DNA of 64,000 nt from Candidatus Eiseniibacteriota bacterium (lineage in GTDB: Bacteria; Eisenbacteria; RBG-16-71-46): assembly GCA_963717505.1 (NCBI GenBank), contig OY970342.1, positions 2,880,001-2,944,000 on the forward strand, read 5' to 3'. Made by a program: the position numbers and the translations under genes. The notes beneath the pieces were generated by a model. That model ran no database searches. It saw nothing but the letters and a program-made list of their open reading frames with translations, and was not told the origin of the DNA. The first letter of the stretch is position 1. Each line of letters starts with the position of its first letter. Below are positions 49,069 through 61,647 of this stretch, piece by piece.

Positions 49069-49623
49069 TTACTTCTCGGCCGGCAGCAGCTCGTCGATCG
49101 AGAACAGCGACGTGAACGGCAGCCCACGCTGCTGGAAGATCTGGGCGCGCCCTGCGCGCGATCGACCACGGCGAGCACGCGCACGACCTGCGCCTTGTAC
49201 GACTCGGCGGCTTCGGCGGCGATCAGGGCGCTCTCGCCGCTGGTGATCACGTCGTCGAGGATGACGACGCGCTTGTGGCCGGCGAGGTTGCCCTCGACCT
49301 GGCCGCGCAGTGCCGTGGTCCTTGGTCGTGCGGCGCACCAGGAATCCCTCGAGCGGTTTGCCCTTGGACGCGCTGTGCAGCATGAGGCCGGCGACCAGCG
49401 GGTCGGCGCCCAGCGTCAGTCCGCCGACGGCGGTGATGTCGTCGCCCGCGAGCATCTCCCAGAACAGCTTGGAGATCATGGCCAGCCCTTCGGGATGCAG
49501 GCTGGTCTTGCGCACGTCGATGTAGTAGTTCGACGTCGCGCCCGAGCTGAGCACGAACTCGCCGAAGCGCATCGAGCGGTCGAGCAGCATCTGGCGCAGT
49601 TGATCGCGTTCGTTCGCGTTCAT
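49069..49623 (-). CDS. pyrE: Orotate phosphoribosyltransferase (two compensating indels near 49311 and 49146)
   Basis: GEFVLSSGATSNYYID, GGLTLGADP, RRTTKDHG. The PRPP motif VVILDDVITSG lies in a shifted frame. Confidence 0.9.
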   Translation of the reverse strand: MNANERDQLRQMLLDRSMRFGEFVLSSGATSNYYIDVRKTSLHPEGLAMISKLFWEMLAGDDITAVGGLTLGADPLVAGLMLHSASKGKPLEGFLVRRTTKDHGTARPGRGQPRRPQARRHPRRRDHQRRERPDRRRSRRVVQGAGRARARRGRSRAGRAQIFQQRGLPFTSLFSIDELLPAEK

Positions 49624-49838
49624 GGTTCCTCTGAAATAGTGTGCGCGAGGCCGGTGCGAGGGGGGTGCCGGTGGGACGCGCGAATTTTGCCGACGCTCAC
49701 GACGATGTCAAGGAACGCGGCTCGTCGGAACGTCTGGGCTCTGGGGAGCGTTTTCGGCGGGACTTGCCGGGGGGTTCAGGGCTACCTAAACTTGTTGCGC
49801 CCGTGCTGAATCATCCCAGCTCTCTACGCCCGCATTCG

Positions 49839-52800
49839 ATGCTGCTCCGACCCCGGTTGATTCGGCTGCTGGTGGGCGTTGCGGCTGCGGCACTTGCCGC
49901 TGCCTCTCCGGCTCCGGCCGCGATCGATGGCAGCGCCCCGGGCCCGATTCGGCTGGCGGTCCGACCGTATCGAGCTCCGCCTGGCCCCGCCGGCGGCCCG
50001 CACGGCGTGGTACGCCCGCGTCTCAGGAGGCGCTGGCCGGTCGGCACAATCCACGATCGCGCGCAATTCTCGCCGGCGCGTCACTCGCCACCGACGTAGC
50101 GTTTCGAGACACCGGGAGCCCCGCGCTCGACCGCGCGCTCGCGAGCTTCGGCGAAGTCACGCTCGAGCCCGAGTTCCGCGGCGAGCTGCCGCCCGGTCCC
50201 GCCGACGACGCCACCGACTTCACCTCGTTCTACATCGCGCGCTGGTCGCGAGAGGTTCCGGTCGAGCGAGTCGTGGCTCGCCTGCGCGCGCTGCCCGAGG
50301 TCGCGAGCGCCGATCCGATTCCGCTGCTGCCGGTCGCGGTCACGCCCAACGACTCGACGTTCGCGGCGTCGTACTGGTTCCAGGATCTGCCGCTCCGCCA
50401 CGACATCGCCGCACCCGAGGCGTGGAATGTGACCACCGGCGACACCGCGATCGTGGTCGGCGTGCTCGACACCGGCATCGTGCCCTACCACCCGGACCTG
50501 GGCGGCGTGATCGCCGGACTCGCGGGTCAGATCTGGACGAATGCTGCCGAGGCCGACGGCATTCCGGGCGCCGACGACGACGGCAATGGCTTCATCGACG
50601 ACGTGCACGGCTGGGACTTCATCAATCGGCCGCCCGACGGTGTGACGACCGGCGAGGACTACGCCGACCAGGATCCCGATGCCAACGACATGGCGGGCCA
50701 CGGCACGGCGGTCGCCGGCGTGGTCGGGGCGCTCACCGACAACACGATCGGCGTGGCGGGCACGGCGTGGAACGTGCGCCTGATGCCGCTGCGCATCGGC
50801 TGGTCCGCGGTCGGCGCACCGCTCGGCCTGGTCGACATGTCGGCGGTGGCGCAGGCGCTGCGCTACGCGGCGCGCATGAACGTGCCGGTGGTCAACTGCT
50901 CGTTCGCCACGATCAACCTCTCGGGTCTGATCGCGGCCGCGTCGTCGGCCACGCGCGCCGGGGTGGTGATCGTCTCGGCGGCGGGCAACGGCGGACAGCC
51001 GCACGATCTCGCCGACCGCGAGGACGTGATCGCGGTCGCGGCGACCGGGCCGGGCGACGTGGTCGCCGGCTTCTCGAACCTGGGTGCGTTCGTGGACTTG
51101 TCCGCCCCGGGGGCCAGCATCGCGACCACGTTCGTGCGGCCGACCACCAGCGACAGCATCGGACTCCGCCAGCCGAGCTACGTGGTGATCGACGGCACGT
51201 CGTTCTCGTCGCCCATGGTCGCGGGTGGTGCAGCACTGGTGCAATCGCAAAGGCGCGCGACTGGGCAGAAGCTGCTCAACGCTCAGGGCATGCTGCTGCG
51301 GTTGACCGAAACCTGCGACGACATTTCTGCTGAGAACACCGGTGTCACGGGCTACGGTGCTGGCAGGCTCAACCTCGAGCGTGCGCTCACCGATCGGCCG
51401 ACCTCGACCGCGTCGCGCTCGGGTGCCGCGGTACTGGGACCGGCGCTGGTTGTGCCGGTCGCGGGGTCGCAGCCGTATCTCGCGTATCTCACGCAGAACC
51501 AGCGTCTGATGATCAAGGCTGGCCAGGCCGAGGACACGGTGGCGGTGGCGACGCTGCCCGGTCCGCCGATCGGAGCACTCGCGGGCGGGCGGGCCGGGCC
51601 CGGCGCGTCGATCGACGAGGGGCCTTTCTGGATGTTCACGAGCACGGGCAACGGCCGCGTCGTCGGTCTCGACGAGTCGGGCGTCGTGCTTTCGGGTTTC
51701 CCGGTGACTGCGGGCGGCGTGTTCACGCCGCCCACCGGTGGCCCTGCGCTCGGCGATCTCGATGGCGACGGCACGCTCGAGGTCGTGTGCGGCCTGGCGT
51801 TCGGGGACCTTCACGCCTGGCATCGCGACGGCACTCCGGTGGCGAACTTTCCGGTGTTCACCAGCCCGGGCGGCAACGCGGCGCCCGTAGCGATCGCCGA
51901 CCTCGACGCCGACGGCGCCGATGAGATCGTCGCTGCCGGCGCCGATGGCGAGGTCCACGTGGTTCACGGCGACGGCAGCGAGATGGCCGGCTGGCCGGTA
52001 ATCGTGAATGCGGATCCGTTCGCCCCGGTGGTCACGCGGTATGCGATGGGCGAGATGCCGGTCATCGTGGTCGCCTCGGGCGCGGATGTCGCGGCGTTTC
52101 ATGCCGACGGCACCCCGCGCTTCAGCCTTACGCTGCCGGGCCTGGTCACGCAGCCTCCGGCGCTCGGCGATCTCGACGCCGACGGGGTCGACGAGATCGT
52201 GCTGGCGCTCGACACGCCGGCGATCGCGGTCGTGGACTCGTCGGGCGCCATGGTCGGTGGCGCGCCGTTCGCGCTGTCGGCGCCCGCCAATGGTCCACCG
52301 CTCATCGGCCCGATCACCCCGGGCGGGCGCGAGATCGTGATCTTCGAGGGCGCCAATCTGGCGGCGTTCGCGGTCGACGGCACGCGACGCGGCCCATTTC
52401 CCAAGCCGGGTCGCGCGGGTAGCTGCGGCAACACTCGCCGACCTCGACGGCGACGGCGCCACCGAGATCACCGCTGGCACCAGCACGGATTCCATCCTCT
52501 ATGTCTACGACGCCGGCCTAGGCGGATGGACGGAAACCTGGCGCGACCGCGCATGGCTCACGCCGCGCGGTGATGCGCATCGCACCGGCAGCCGCGACGT
52601 GGGTCCGCCTTCGGCGGTCGCCGACCTCGGCGTTACTTCGGTCACCGACTCGAGCGTGACCCTGGGGTGGAGTGCGCCCGCCAACGAGGACGCCAGCGTG
52701 CGCGGCGTGGATTACGAAGTTCGCAGTCGACGCGACACGCTGACCGCCGGTGGTTGGAACTCGGCGCTCGAGGTTGCCAGGTTCCGCACGACCGTGGCCA

Positions 52801-53225
52801 CCGGGCGACAGATCACGCTCCCCCTCAGGGGGTTCGAGCCCGGCACGCAATACGCGTTCGCGCTGCGCACCACCGACGAGGCGGGGAACGTTTCAGGGAT
52901 CTCCAACATCGCGACCGCGACGACGAGCCTCGGCGGCCCGCTCGCAAACCACGCGGGTCCGGGAATCGCACCGAGCCGCCGGCCGTCGGGCCGACAGACC
53001 GAGCTGTACTGGCGCGGCGCCGGGGGCGGAGTGCCGCAGGAGATCAGGATCTACGATGTGGTCGGGCGGCGGATTCGACGAATCCCGCTGCCGAGCGATC
53101 CCGAAGGGGTCACGACCTGGGACGGCCGCGACGACGACAATGCGTTGGTGCCGGCGGGTGTTTACTTCGCGCGCCTGACCAGCGGCTCCGTCGGTGTCCA
53201 GACGCGGGTCGTACTGCTTCCCTGA
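49839..53225 (+). CDS. S8 subtilisin-like peptidase with FG-GAP, FN3 and FlgD-like domains (several frameshifts)
   Basis: Triad VLDTG / GHGTAVAG / GTSFSSP in 50273-52573. The signal peptide and the FN3/FlgD tail (52599-53225) are in other frames. Confidence 0.8.
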
Positions 53226-53237
53226 TCCGCGGCGAAA

Positions 53238-53711
53238 TCAGTCGGCGAGTCGCAGGCGCGGGTCGCCTTCGGGCTCGCGGCCACCCTGGCCGATGCCGCC
53301 CTGGGAAATAGGCCCGAGGGTCGCGGCGTATTCATTCGACAGTGGGCTGCGATTGCCGATCGTGTCCACCGCGCGCACGCGGAAGTGCGTCTCGATCGTT
53401 TCCTGATTGGGCGTGAGGTTGAACCAATTGCCAGCCGCTTCGCCGATCATCACGTACGAGTTGTCGCGCGAGGGGTCGGGCAGGTACTGATACACCTCAT
53501 AGAGCACGACGTCCGGGGCTGGGCTCGCGGCCCACGTCAGCCGATGGTATTCAGGTTGGCTGACCACGGCGAGATTCTCGGGCGAGGGCGGGGGAGCGGT
53601 GTCAGAAGTTCCGGTAACAGCGGTGACATGCTGCGTGGTATCGCAACCCCAGAGTGCGACCACGCTCGCAAGCGCGACCCATAGAAGGGACAGGAATCGA
53701 TTGCGGATCAT
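53238..53711 (-). CDS. Lipoprotein with FN3-like domain
   Basis: Lipobox LWGC and PSPENL...LTW...FRVRAVDTIGNRSPLS. Confidence 0.7.
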   Translation of the reverse strand: MIRNRFLSLLWVALASVVALWGCDTTQHVTAVTGTSDTAPPPSPENLAVVSQPEYHRLTWAASPAPDVVLYEVYQYLPDPSRDNSYVMIGEAAGNWFNLTPNQETIETHFRVRAVDTIGNRSPLSNEYAATLGPISQGGIGQGGREPEGDPRLRLAD

Positions 53712-55902
53712 GGCTCGAATCTCCGGGTGCGGCCTCGTCGACGCCTCCACTAACTGTGGTGGCTCGACGCGGGACGCCGGTGGTCGAGCAAACGCGGTGC
53801 CACGCACGAAATCGCAGGGCGTCGAGGCAAAGCGCCGTGCGCGCAGCCGGCGGCCGCATGCATTGCGCAGGCTCGTGGGCTTGACCGCGTGCGGGGTGCA
53901 ATTGGCCCTGACGACCGCTTGCGCCCAGGTCAGCCCGGCGCTGCACGCGGCCGCACCGCCGCCCGACGCGGCTCATCCGGTTCTCGCGCCGTCGTTCCCG
54001 CCGTTCGCACACGCACCGCTCGATACCCCGCTGGTGGTCACCGGCACGTTCGGCGATCGGCGTGGCGGCCACTTTCATGCCGGGCTCGACCTGTCGACCG
54101 GCGAGATTGTAGGCAAGCCGGTCTACGCGCCGGCGCCGGCTGCCGTGGTGCGCGTTCGCACTTCGGGCGTGGGCTACGGCCGATCGCTCTACCTCAAGAC
54201 CGACGACGGTCGCCTCGTGGTCTACGGGCATCTCGACGCGTTCGCCGAGCCGCTCGCGTCGTACGTCGACTCGCTGCAACGCACGAGCGGCCGCTACGAG
54301 CAGGACCTGTGGCCGCCGGCGAGCAAGTTCCGCGTGGCGCCCGGAGCGATCGTCGCGTGGAGTGGCCAGAGCGGCGCCGGGCCGCCGCACCTCCATGCCG
54401 AGATTCGGATCGTCGACATGGCGCACCATCCGCTGCGCGCCGGTTGGCCGCTGGCCGACGCAGCGCCGCCCCGGATCGATCGCATCACGCTGGTTCCGGT
54501 CGACGACAGCTCGCGAGTCGCCGGCACCACGGCGCCTTACACCCGATCCACGGTCGAGGGCGACACCGTCGTGGTCGAGGGGCGCTTCGAAGTCCGAGTC
54601 GAGGCCGGCGACGCGCTGGGGTCGCGCCGGGGGCTCGCGCCGTGGTCGACCGTCGTGCAGCTCGGCGATCGCAAGGTCGAGTGCCGGTTCGACAGCGTGT
54701 CGTGGGCCGGCGACATGTCCGACGCCGCCTACGTCTATGACGGTGACGCTGTGCGTCTGGCGGCACCCGAGGGCGCCCGGCCGAGGGTGCTGAACGCCGA
54801 GTGGCCGAGCGACGGCGAGGGGCTCAATACCGCGCCGCAGTCCGCGCGCGCGGGAGAATTCGATCTTGATTCGAGTGCTCCGACCACGCCACTCGACGTG
54901 ACTGTGCGCGATGTCGCGGGCAATGTGGCCTCGCGTCGGTTGTGGGTGCGTCCACCGCGCGCCACCGACCGCGTCGCGGCGCTGCCCGACACGCACCGGG
55001 CGGTTGCGCTTCGCGACCTCGACTTCGATCTGTCGCCCGCGGGGCACGGCTGCGTCCGCGTCGTCCTGAGTCATGCGCCGCGAGAGTCACGCGCCGTGTG
55101 GATCGGACTCGAAGGCGGCGCGCTGGTTCCCGCCGGGCGTGTCGGCGCACAGTGGTCGGGGCTGCTGTGCCCGCGAACGACCGGTTCCGTCACCGTGGTC
55201 GTGGTCGGAGTCGATCACGCGCCGTGGCGCACGACGCAGGCTCTGAACCTGGACGCGGTCGGGCTCGAGGCGAACGCCGGCCGCAACCCATCCACCGAGT
55301 TCCGCTGGAGCCATGGCAAGGGATCGGTGTTCGAATCCGGTGCGCTCGCGGTGTCGCACGAGAGTACAACCCCGACGGGCGAGCTGGTCCCGGTGAGCGA
55401 CGTGCACGCGCTGGAACCCGAGGATCTGCCGCTGCGAAGCTCTTGGACCGTGACGCTGTCCGCGCGCTCCGGCGCCGACACGAGCCGCGTGGCGGTCTAT
55501 CGGCGCGGGTCGCGGAACTGGGAGTGGGCGGGCGCGGAGCGCGACCTCGAGTCAGGGACCTGGTCGGCGTCCACCCGGCGCCTCGGCGCCTTCGCCCTGT
55601 TTCGGGATGTTCGCGCGCCGGTGATCCACCTCTTGCCGGCGTCGAGCCCCAGCCGTGCGGGCCCTTATTCGCGCTGGACGATCGAGGCGCGAATCGACGA
55701 GCAGGGGAGCGGCGTCGAGGCCGAGCGTTCGCAGCTCTTCATCGACGAGAAGCCAGTGCCCACCGAGTGGGATCCCGATGCCGGCCGCCTGCGCTGGCGT
55801 CCGTTTTCGCTGCCGGCGCGTGGCGAGCATGCGGTGCGCGTGCGCGCGGTCGATCGCGCTGGCAATGTGAGTGAGGCGAGCGGCCGGTTCGACGTGGAGT
55901 AG
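53599..55902 (+). CDS. M23 family metallopeptidase (true start probably near 53860)
   Basis: TFGDRRGGHFHAGLDL, YGHL, SG.SGAGPPHLHAEIR. Confidence 0.8.
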   Translation: MSEVPVTAVTCCVVSQPQSATTLASATHRRDRNRLRIMARISGCGLVDASTNCGGSTRDAGGRANAVPRTKSQGVEAKRRARSRRPHALRRLVGLTACGVQLALTTACAQVSPALHAAAPPPDAAHPVLAPSFPPFAHAPLDTPLVVTGTFGDRRGGHFHAGLDLSTGEIVGKPVYAPAPAAVVRVRTSGVGYGRSLYLKTDDGRLVVYGHLDAFAEPLASYVDSLQRTSGRYEQDLWPPASKFRVAPGAIVAWSGQSGAGPPHLHAEIRIVDMAHHPLRAGWPLADAAPPRIDRITLVPVDDSSRVAGTTAPYTRSTVEGDTVVVEGRFEVRVEAGDALGSRRGLAPWSTVVQLGDRKVECRFDSVSWAGDMSDAAYVYDGDAVRLAAPEGARPRVLNAEWPSDGEGLNTAPQSARAGEFDLDSSAPTTPLDVTVRDVAGNVASRRLWVRPPRATDRVAALPDTHRAVALRDLDFDLSPAGHGCVRVVLSHAPRESRAVWIGLEGGALVPAGRVGAQWSGLLCPRTTGSVTVVVVGVDHAPWRTTQALNLDAVGLEANAGRNPSTEFRWSHGKGSVFESGALAVSHESTTPTGELVPVSDVHALEPEDLPLRSSWTVTLSARSGADTSRVAVYRRGSRNWEWAGAERDLESGTWSASTRRLGAFALFRDVRAPVIHLLPASSPSRAGPYSRWTIEARIDEQGSGVEAERSQLFIDEKPVPTEWDPDAGRLRWRPFSLPARGEHAVRVRAVDRAGNVSEASGRFDVE

Positions 55903-56183
55903 CCGCGTTGCGTCGCACACTCACATCGGCGAGGTCAACCTCCGAAATGTCGGAGTCGGCTCCTGCCATTCGGAGTTAGCCGAGCCTTCGGGCGTACGGC
56001 GAGATCCTTTCCCACTTGATCCATCCTCAATTTCAGCAAGTGATTGCGGTCGTTCGTCGACCGTGGGACTCAGGCGGCATGTCCCGTGCAGAACCACCTG
56101 GCGGATTTCGGTTCCCTCTGGCGTCCGGCACCCGCCCCAATGTGGGCGATGCCGGCGCTCGTCACGCGACTGCGAGGTTTTCG

Positions 56184-56534
56184 ATGGCGTCGCAGCAGGT
56201 TCGAATGACCGTGGAATGGTCTGTGCCGCGTGGAGAGATGGGAGCCATCAATTCCGCCATGCAGACTTTGATGGTTGCCACGCGTGCAGCACCCGGTTGC
56301 GTGGAATGCTCGCTCTCGACCCAGTTGGGCGAACGAGCGGGCTTCCAGTACCAGGAGGAGTGGAGGACGGAAGAAGACTTGGTCGTGCAGCTACGGTCCG
56401 GGCGATTCGCCAAGCTGGCGCACCTCGTGGAGAGCGCATCCGAGAGACCGCGAATCGAGTTCCATCTCCCGGGCGGGAAACGTGGGATGGAGTACGCCGA
56501 GGAAGTTCGTCGGACGCATGGAGAGGTCCCGTGA
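56184..56534 (+). CDS. ABM-like (antibiotic biosynthesis monooxygenase) domain protein
   Basis: TRAAPGCVEC...YQEEW..EEDL...RSGRF pattern. Confidence 0.6.
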   Translation: MASQQVRMTVEWSVPRGEMGAINSAMQTLMVATRAAPGCVECSLSTQLGERAGFQYQEEWRTEEDLVVQLRSGRFAKLAHLVESASERPRIEFHLPGGKRGMEYAEEVRRTHGEVP

Positions 56535-56586
56535 GGCCATGGGCCACATGGGCGCGCAACAATCGGGAAACGTGAGGAGGTCAGCG

Positions 56587-57813
56587 ATGAAGCGCATGAA
56601 ATCGAAGACGGATGCATTGAACGGTCTGCGGTGGCTGGTTCTGGCCATCGTCGGCGGGCTGTCGATGGCGTCCGTGGCTCGCGCAGAGAACGGGTCGACC
56701 CAGTTCGATATCTACGGGTTCGCCATGCTCGACATGGGTTACCAGACCAAGCAGAACGATCCCGCATGGTTCGACGTTCTGCGGCCGACCAAGCTGCCGT
56801 CCGTCGACAATCAGTTCGGCGAGGATGGCCGGTTCTTCGCGGGCGTTCGGCAGACGCGGCTCGGCTTCAAGTCGAGCACGCCGACCGACATGGGCGAGCT
56901 GAAGACCCAGTTCGAGTTCGAAATGTTCGGAACCGGCGTCGACGCCGGGCAGACGACGATCCGCCTGCGTCACGCGTACGGCGAGCTGGGCAAATTCGGC
57001 GCCGGGCAGTACTGGAGTCCGTTCATGGACATCGACGTGTTCCCGAACTCGATCGAGTACTGGGGACCGAACGGCATGGCGTTCTTCCGCAACGTCCAGG
57101 TGCGGTGGATGCCGATCCAGGGCGAGACTCGCGCGACGATCGCGCTCGAACGGCCGGGCGGCAGCGGGGACCTGGGAGTTGCCTCTCAGATCGTCGGTGG
57201 CGATATCCTGGGTCGCTTCCCCCTACCGGACGTCTCGGCGGAGTACCGGATGGGCCGCGACTGGGGCTACATCGAGGGCGCCGGCATCGTGCGGCAGGTC
57301 GCGTGGGACGACATGGACCCGGCGGACGCGGATGGGGATCTCTCGGGCGAGGCTACGTGCTGGGGTCTCAACGGCAGCACGAACATCAAGGCCGGCCGGG
57401 GCGTCGTCCGGGCATCCGTCGTCTACGGCGAAGGCATCCAGAACTACATGAACGACGCGCCGGTCGATGTCGCCGTGGATATCACCGGTCCAGCTCCCGG
57501 GGACATTGAGGGCGTGGCACTGCCGGTCCTCGGTATCTCCGCCTTCTACGACATCACCTGGAACGAGCGCTGGACCAGCACCGCCGGGTACTCGATGGTC
57601 GACATCGACAACAGCAACGGTCAAGGCCCGACTGCATTCAAGACGGGATCGTACGCCCTCGCCAACCTGCTCTACTACCCGGTCAAGAACGTCATGATGG
57701 GCGGAGAGATCCAGTGGGGCGAACGCGAGAACATCAACGGATTCACCTCGGACGATCTGAGGTTCCAGTTCTCCGCGAAGTACAACTTCGCGACAACCAT
57801 TGGAGGGCAATGA
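56587..57813 (+). CDS. DcaP-family outer-membrane porin
   Basis: IYGFAMLD, RQTRLGFK, IRLRHAYGELG, GQYWSPFMD, QFSAKYNF. GAGGAGG RBS. Confidence 0.8.
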   Translation: MKRMKSKTDALNGLRWLVLAIVGGLSMASVARAENGSTQFDIYGFAMLDMGYQTKQNDPAWFDVLRPTKLPSVDNQFGEDGRFFAGVRQTRLGFKSSTPTDMGELKTQFEFEMFGTGVDAGQTTIRLRHAYGELGKFGAGQYWSPFMDIDVFPNSIEYWGPNGMAFFRNVQVRWMPIQGETRATIALERPGGSGDLGVASQIVGGDILGRFPLPDVSAEYRMGRDWGYIEGAGIVRQVAWDDMDPADADGDLSGEATCWGLNGSTNIKAGRGVVRASVVYGEGIQNYMNDAPVDVAVDITGPAPGDIEGVALPVLGISAFYDITWNERWTSTAGYSMVDIDNSNGQGPTAFKTGSYALANLLYYPVKNVMMGGEIQWGERENINGFTSDDLRFQFSAKYNFATTIGGQ

Positions 57814-58860
57814 TGAATATCGTGAACTCAGTGCTGCGGCGAACGGCCGTGGGCACGATGGTGTTGGCGATGGCATTGACGTCGATCGCTTCGGCGCAGA
57901 CTGCCGCCCAGATCGACGCTGCGATCAAGGCAGCTCACGACAAGTTCCTGCCGCTCAAAGAGGGCAAGAACGCCGACTACATCCCGGCGCTGGCCAAGGT
58001 GGATCCGAACATCTACGGAATCGCCGTGGTCACCGTGGATGGCAAGGTCTACATCGACCGGCGACATCACCTCGGAAGTCTCGATCCAGTCGATCTCCAA
58101 GGTGTTCACCATGGCCCGGGTCATGGAGGAGCAGGGCCCGGACGCGATCGCCAACAACATGGGCGTCGACGCCACCGGTCAGGTGTTCAACTCGATCGTC
58201 GCGGTCGAGCAGTACCGGGGCGCCGAGATGAACGCGATGGTGAATCCCGGTGCCATCACCTCGACCAGCATGGTGAGCGGCGCCACGCGTGAGGAGATCT
58301 GGAACAAGATCCTGTCGACCCATAGTGACTTCGCGGGTCGCACGCTCACGGTGAATCAGGAGGTGTTCAAGTCCGAGGCCGAGACCAACCAGCGCAATCA
58401 GGCGATCTCGATGCTCATGTACGCCTACGGACACATCAAGGAAGAGCCTCTGCGTGCCTGCGACATCTACACCGAGCAGTGCGCGATCAGCGTCAACGCC
58501 AAGGACCTGGCGATGATGGCCGCCACGCTGGCGAACGGCGGCAAGAACCCGGTGACCGGCAAGCAATGCATGAACGTCGCCAACGTTCCCAAGGTGCTAG
58601 CGGTGATGGCCACCGCCGGGCTGTACGACGATTCGGGCAAGTGGCTGTTCACGACCGGGCTGCCGGCCAAGAGCGGCGTCGGTGGCGGCATTCTCGCCGT
58701 TTCGCCGGGCAAGTTCGGGATCGCCGTGATTTCGCCGCCGCTGGACGCGGCGGGGAACAGCGTCAAGGCTCAGAAGACGATTGCGGACGTCTCCAATGCG
58801 CTGGGAGGGAACCCCTACGCGGCTAAGCCGGCCGCTGCGGCAACCACGAAGAAGAAGTAG
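57810..58860 (+). CDS. glsA: Glutaminase A with signal peptide (frameshift near 58053)
   Basis: GKNADYIPALA in the first frame, and SIQSISK, VNPGAI, GLYDDSG, PAKSGVGGG in the second. Confidence 0.88.
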
Positions 58861-58948
58861 CGGCCACGCGCCGCCACCGGTCCAGGGTTAGGCCGTGTAC
58901 GTCATCCGTCAGGGCGTACACGGCACATCCGGACCCAGGAGAAACATC

Positions 58949-60511
<1,563 letters not shown>

Positions 60512-60525
60512 AACAGGAGGACACC

Positions 60526-61605
60526 ATGAGAGCACTACGATATGCGGGCGTGGTTGGAATGGTTGGCCTGATCGCCGTCGCGGCGGCTTGTGCCCAAAGT
60601 TCCGGCCAGGCCGGCAAGAAACCAAAGGTGGTGATCGTCGCGACCGGCGGCACGATTGCCGGTTCGGCGGCTTCCCAGACATCGGCGGGTTACCAATCCG
60701 GCGCGGTCGGCGTCGATATCCTGATCGAGGCGGTGCCGCAGCTCAAGGACATCGCGGAAGTTACCGGCGAGCAGGTCGCGAGCATCGGCAGCCAGGACAT
60801 GAACGACGAAGTGTGGCTCACGCTGGCGAAGAAGGTGAACGAGGTGTTGGCCAAGCCCGACATCGCCGGTGTCGCGATCACGCATGGTACCGACACGATG
60901 GAAGAGACCTCCTACTTCCTCAATCTCGTGGTCAAGAGCGACAAACCGGTGGTGCTGACCGGCTCGATGCGGCCGTCGACCGCGATGAGCGCGGACGGGC
61001 CCCTGAACATCTATAACGCCGTAGCGATTGCGGCCGATCCGATGGCGCGCGGACGCGGGGTGATGGTGGCGGTGGATGACGACATTCACTCCGGCCATGA
61101 CATCATCAAGTTCCACGCCACCGACGTCGCGACGATGCGATCGGGCGAGGCTGGGCTGCTCGGAGCCTCGCTGTTCGGCAAGAACACGTGGTATCGGACT
61201 CCGAGCCAGGTCCACACCTCGAAGAGCGAATTTCGGATCGACAATGTGACGGCGCTGCCGCGCGTGGACATCATCTACGCGCACGCCAACATGTCGCCCG
61301 ACGTCATCACCTCCGCCGTCGAGCACGGCGCCAAGGGGTTGGTCATCGCCGGGGTCGGCGACGGCAATATGACGGCGCCGGCGATGGAGCAGGTCAAGGC
61401 CGCGATCGCCAAGGGAGTCGTGGTGGTTCGGTCCTCGCGGACCAACGGCGGCATCGTCCGTCGCAACGTCGAAGTCAATGACGACGAGATCGGCACCGTC
61501 ACCTCGATGGAGCTGAATCCGGGCAAGGCGCGGGTGCTGCTGCAGCTGGCGCTGCTCAAGACGCAGGATGCGAAGAAGATCCAGGACTACTTCAACCGGT
61601 ACTGA
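60526..61605 (+). CDS. ansB: Type II (periplasmic) L-asparaginase
   Basis: ATGGTIAG, HGTDTMEET, SADGPLN and a signal peptide. Confidence 0.93.
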   Translation: MRALRYAGVVGMVGLIAVAAACAQSSGQAGKKPKVVIVATGGTIAGSAASQTSAGYQSGAVGVDILIEAVPQLKDIAEVTGEQVASIGSQDMNDEVWLTLAKKVNEVLAKPDIAGVAITHGTDTMEETSYFLNLVVKSDKPVVLTGSMRPSTAMSADGPLNIYNAVAIAADPMARGRGVMVAVDDDIHSGHDIIKFHATDVATMRSGEAGLLGASLFGKNTWYRTPSQVHTSKSEFRIDNVTALPRVDIIYAHANMSPDVITSAVEHGAKGLVIAGVGDGNMTAPAMEQVKAAIAKGVVVVRSSRTNGGIVRRNVEVNDDEIGTVTSMELNPGKARVLLQLALLKTQDAKKIQDYFNRY

Positions 61606-61647
61606 CGTTTTCTCGATCTGCTGGCGGGTGGGCGCCGCGGTGGTACC

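Noticed and set aside
50081-52495. Long antisense ORFs (804 aa here, also 28025-29311 and 61759-63294)
   Set aside because: These are shadow frames of well-supported opposite-strand genes, typical of high-GC DNA.
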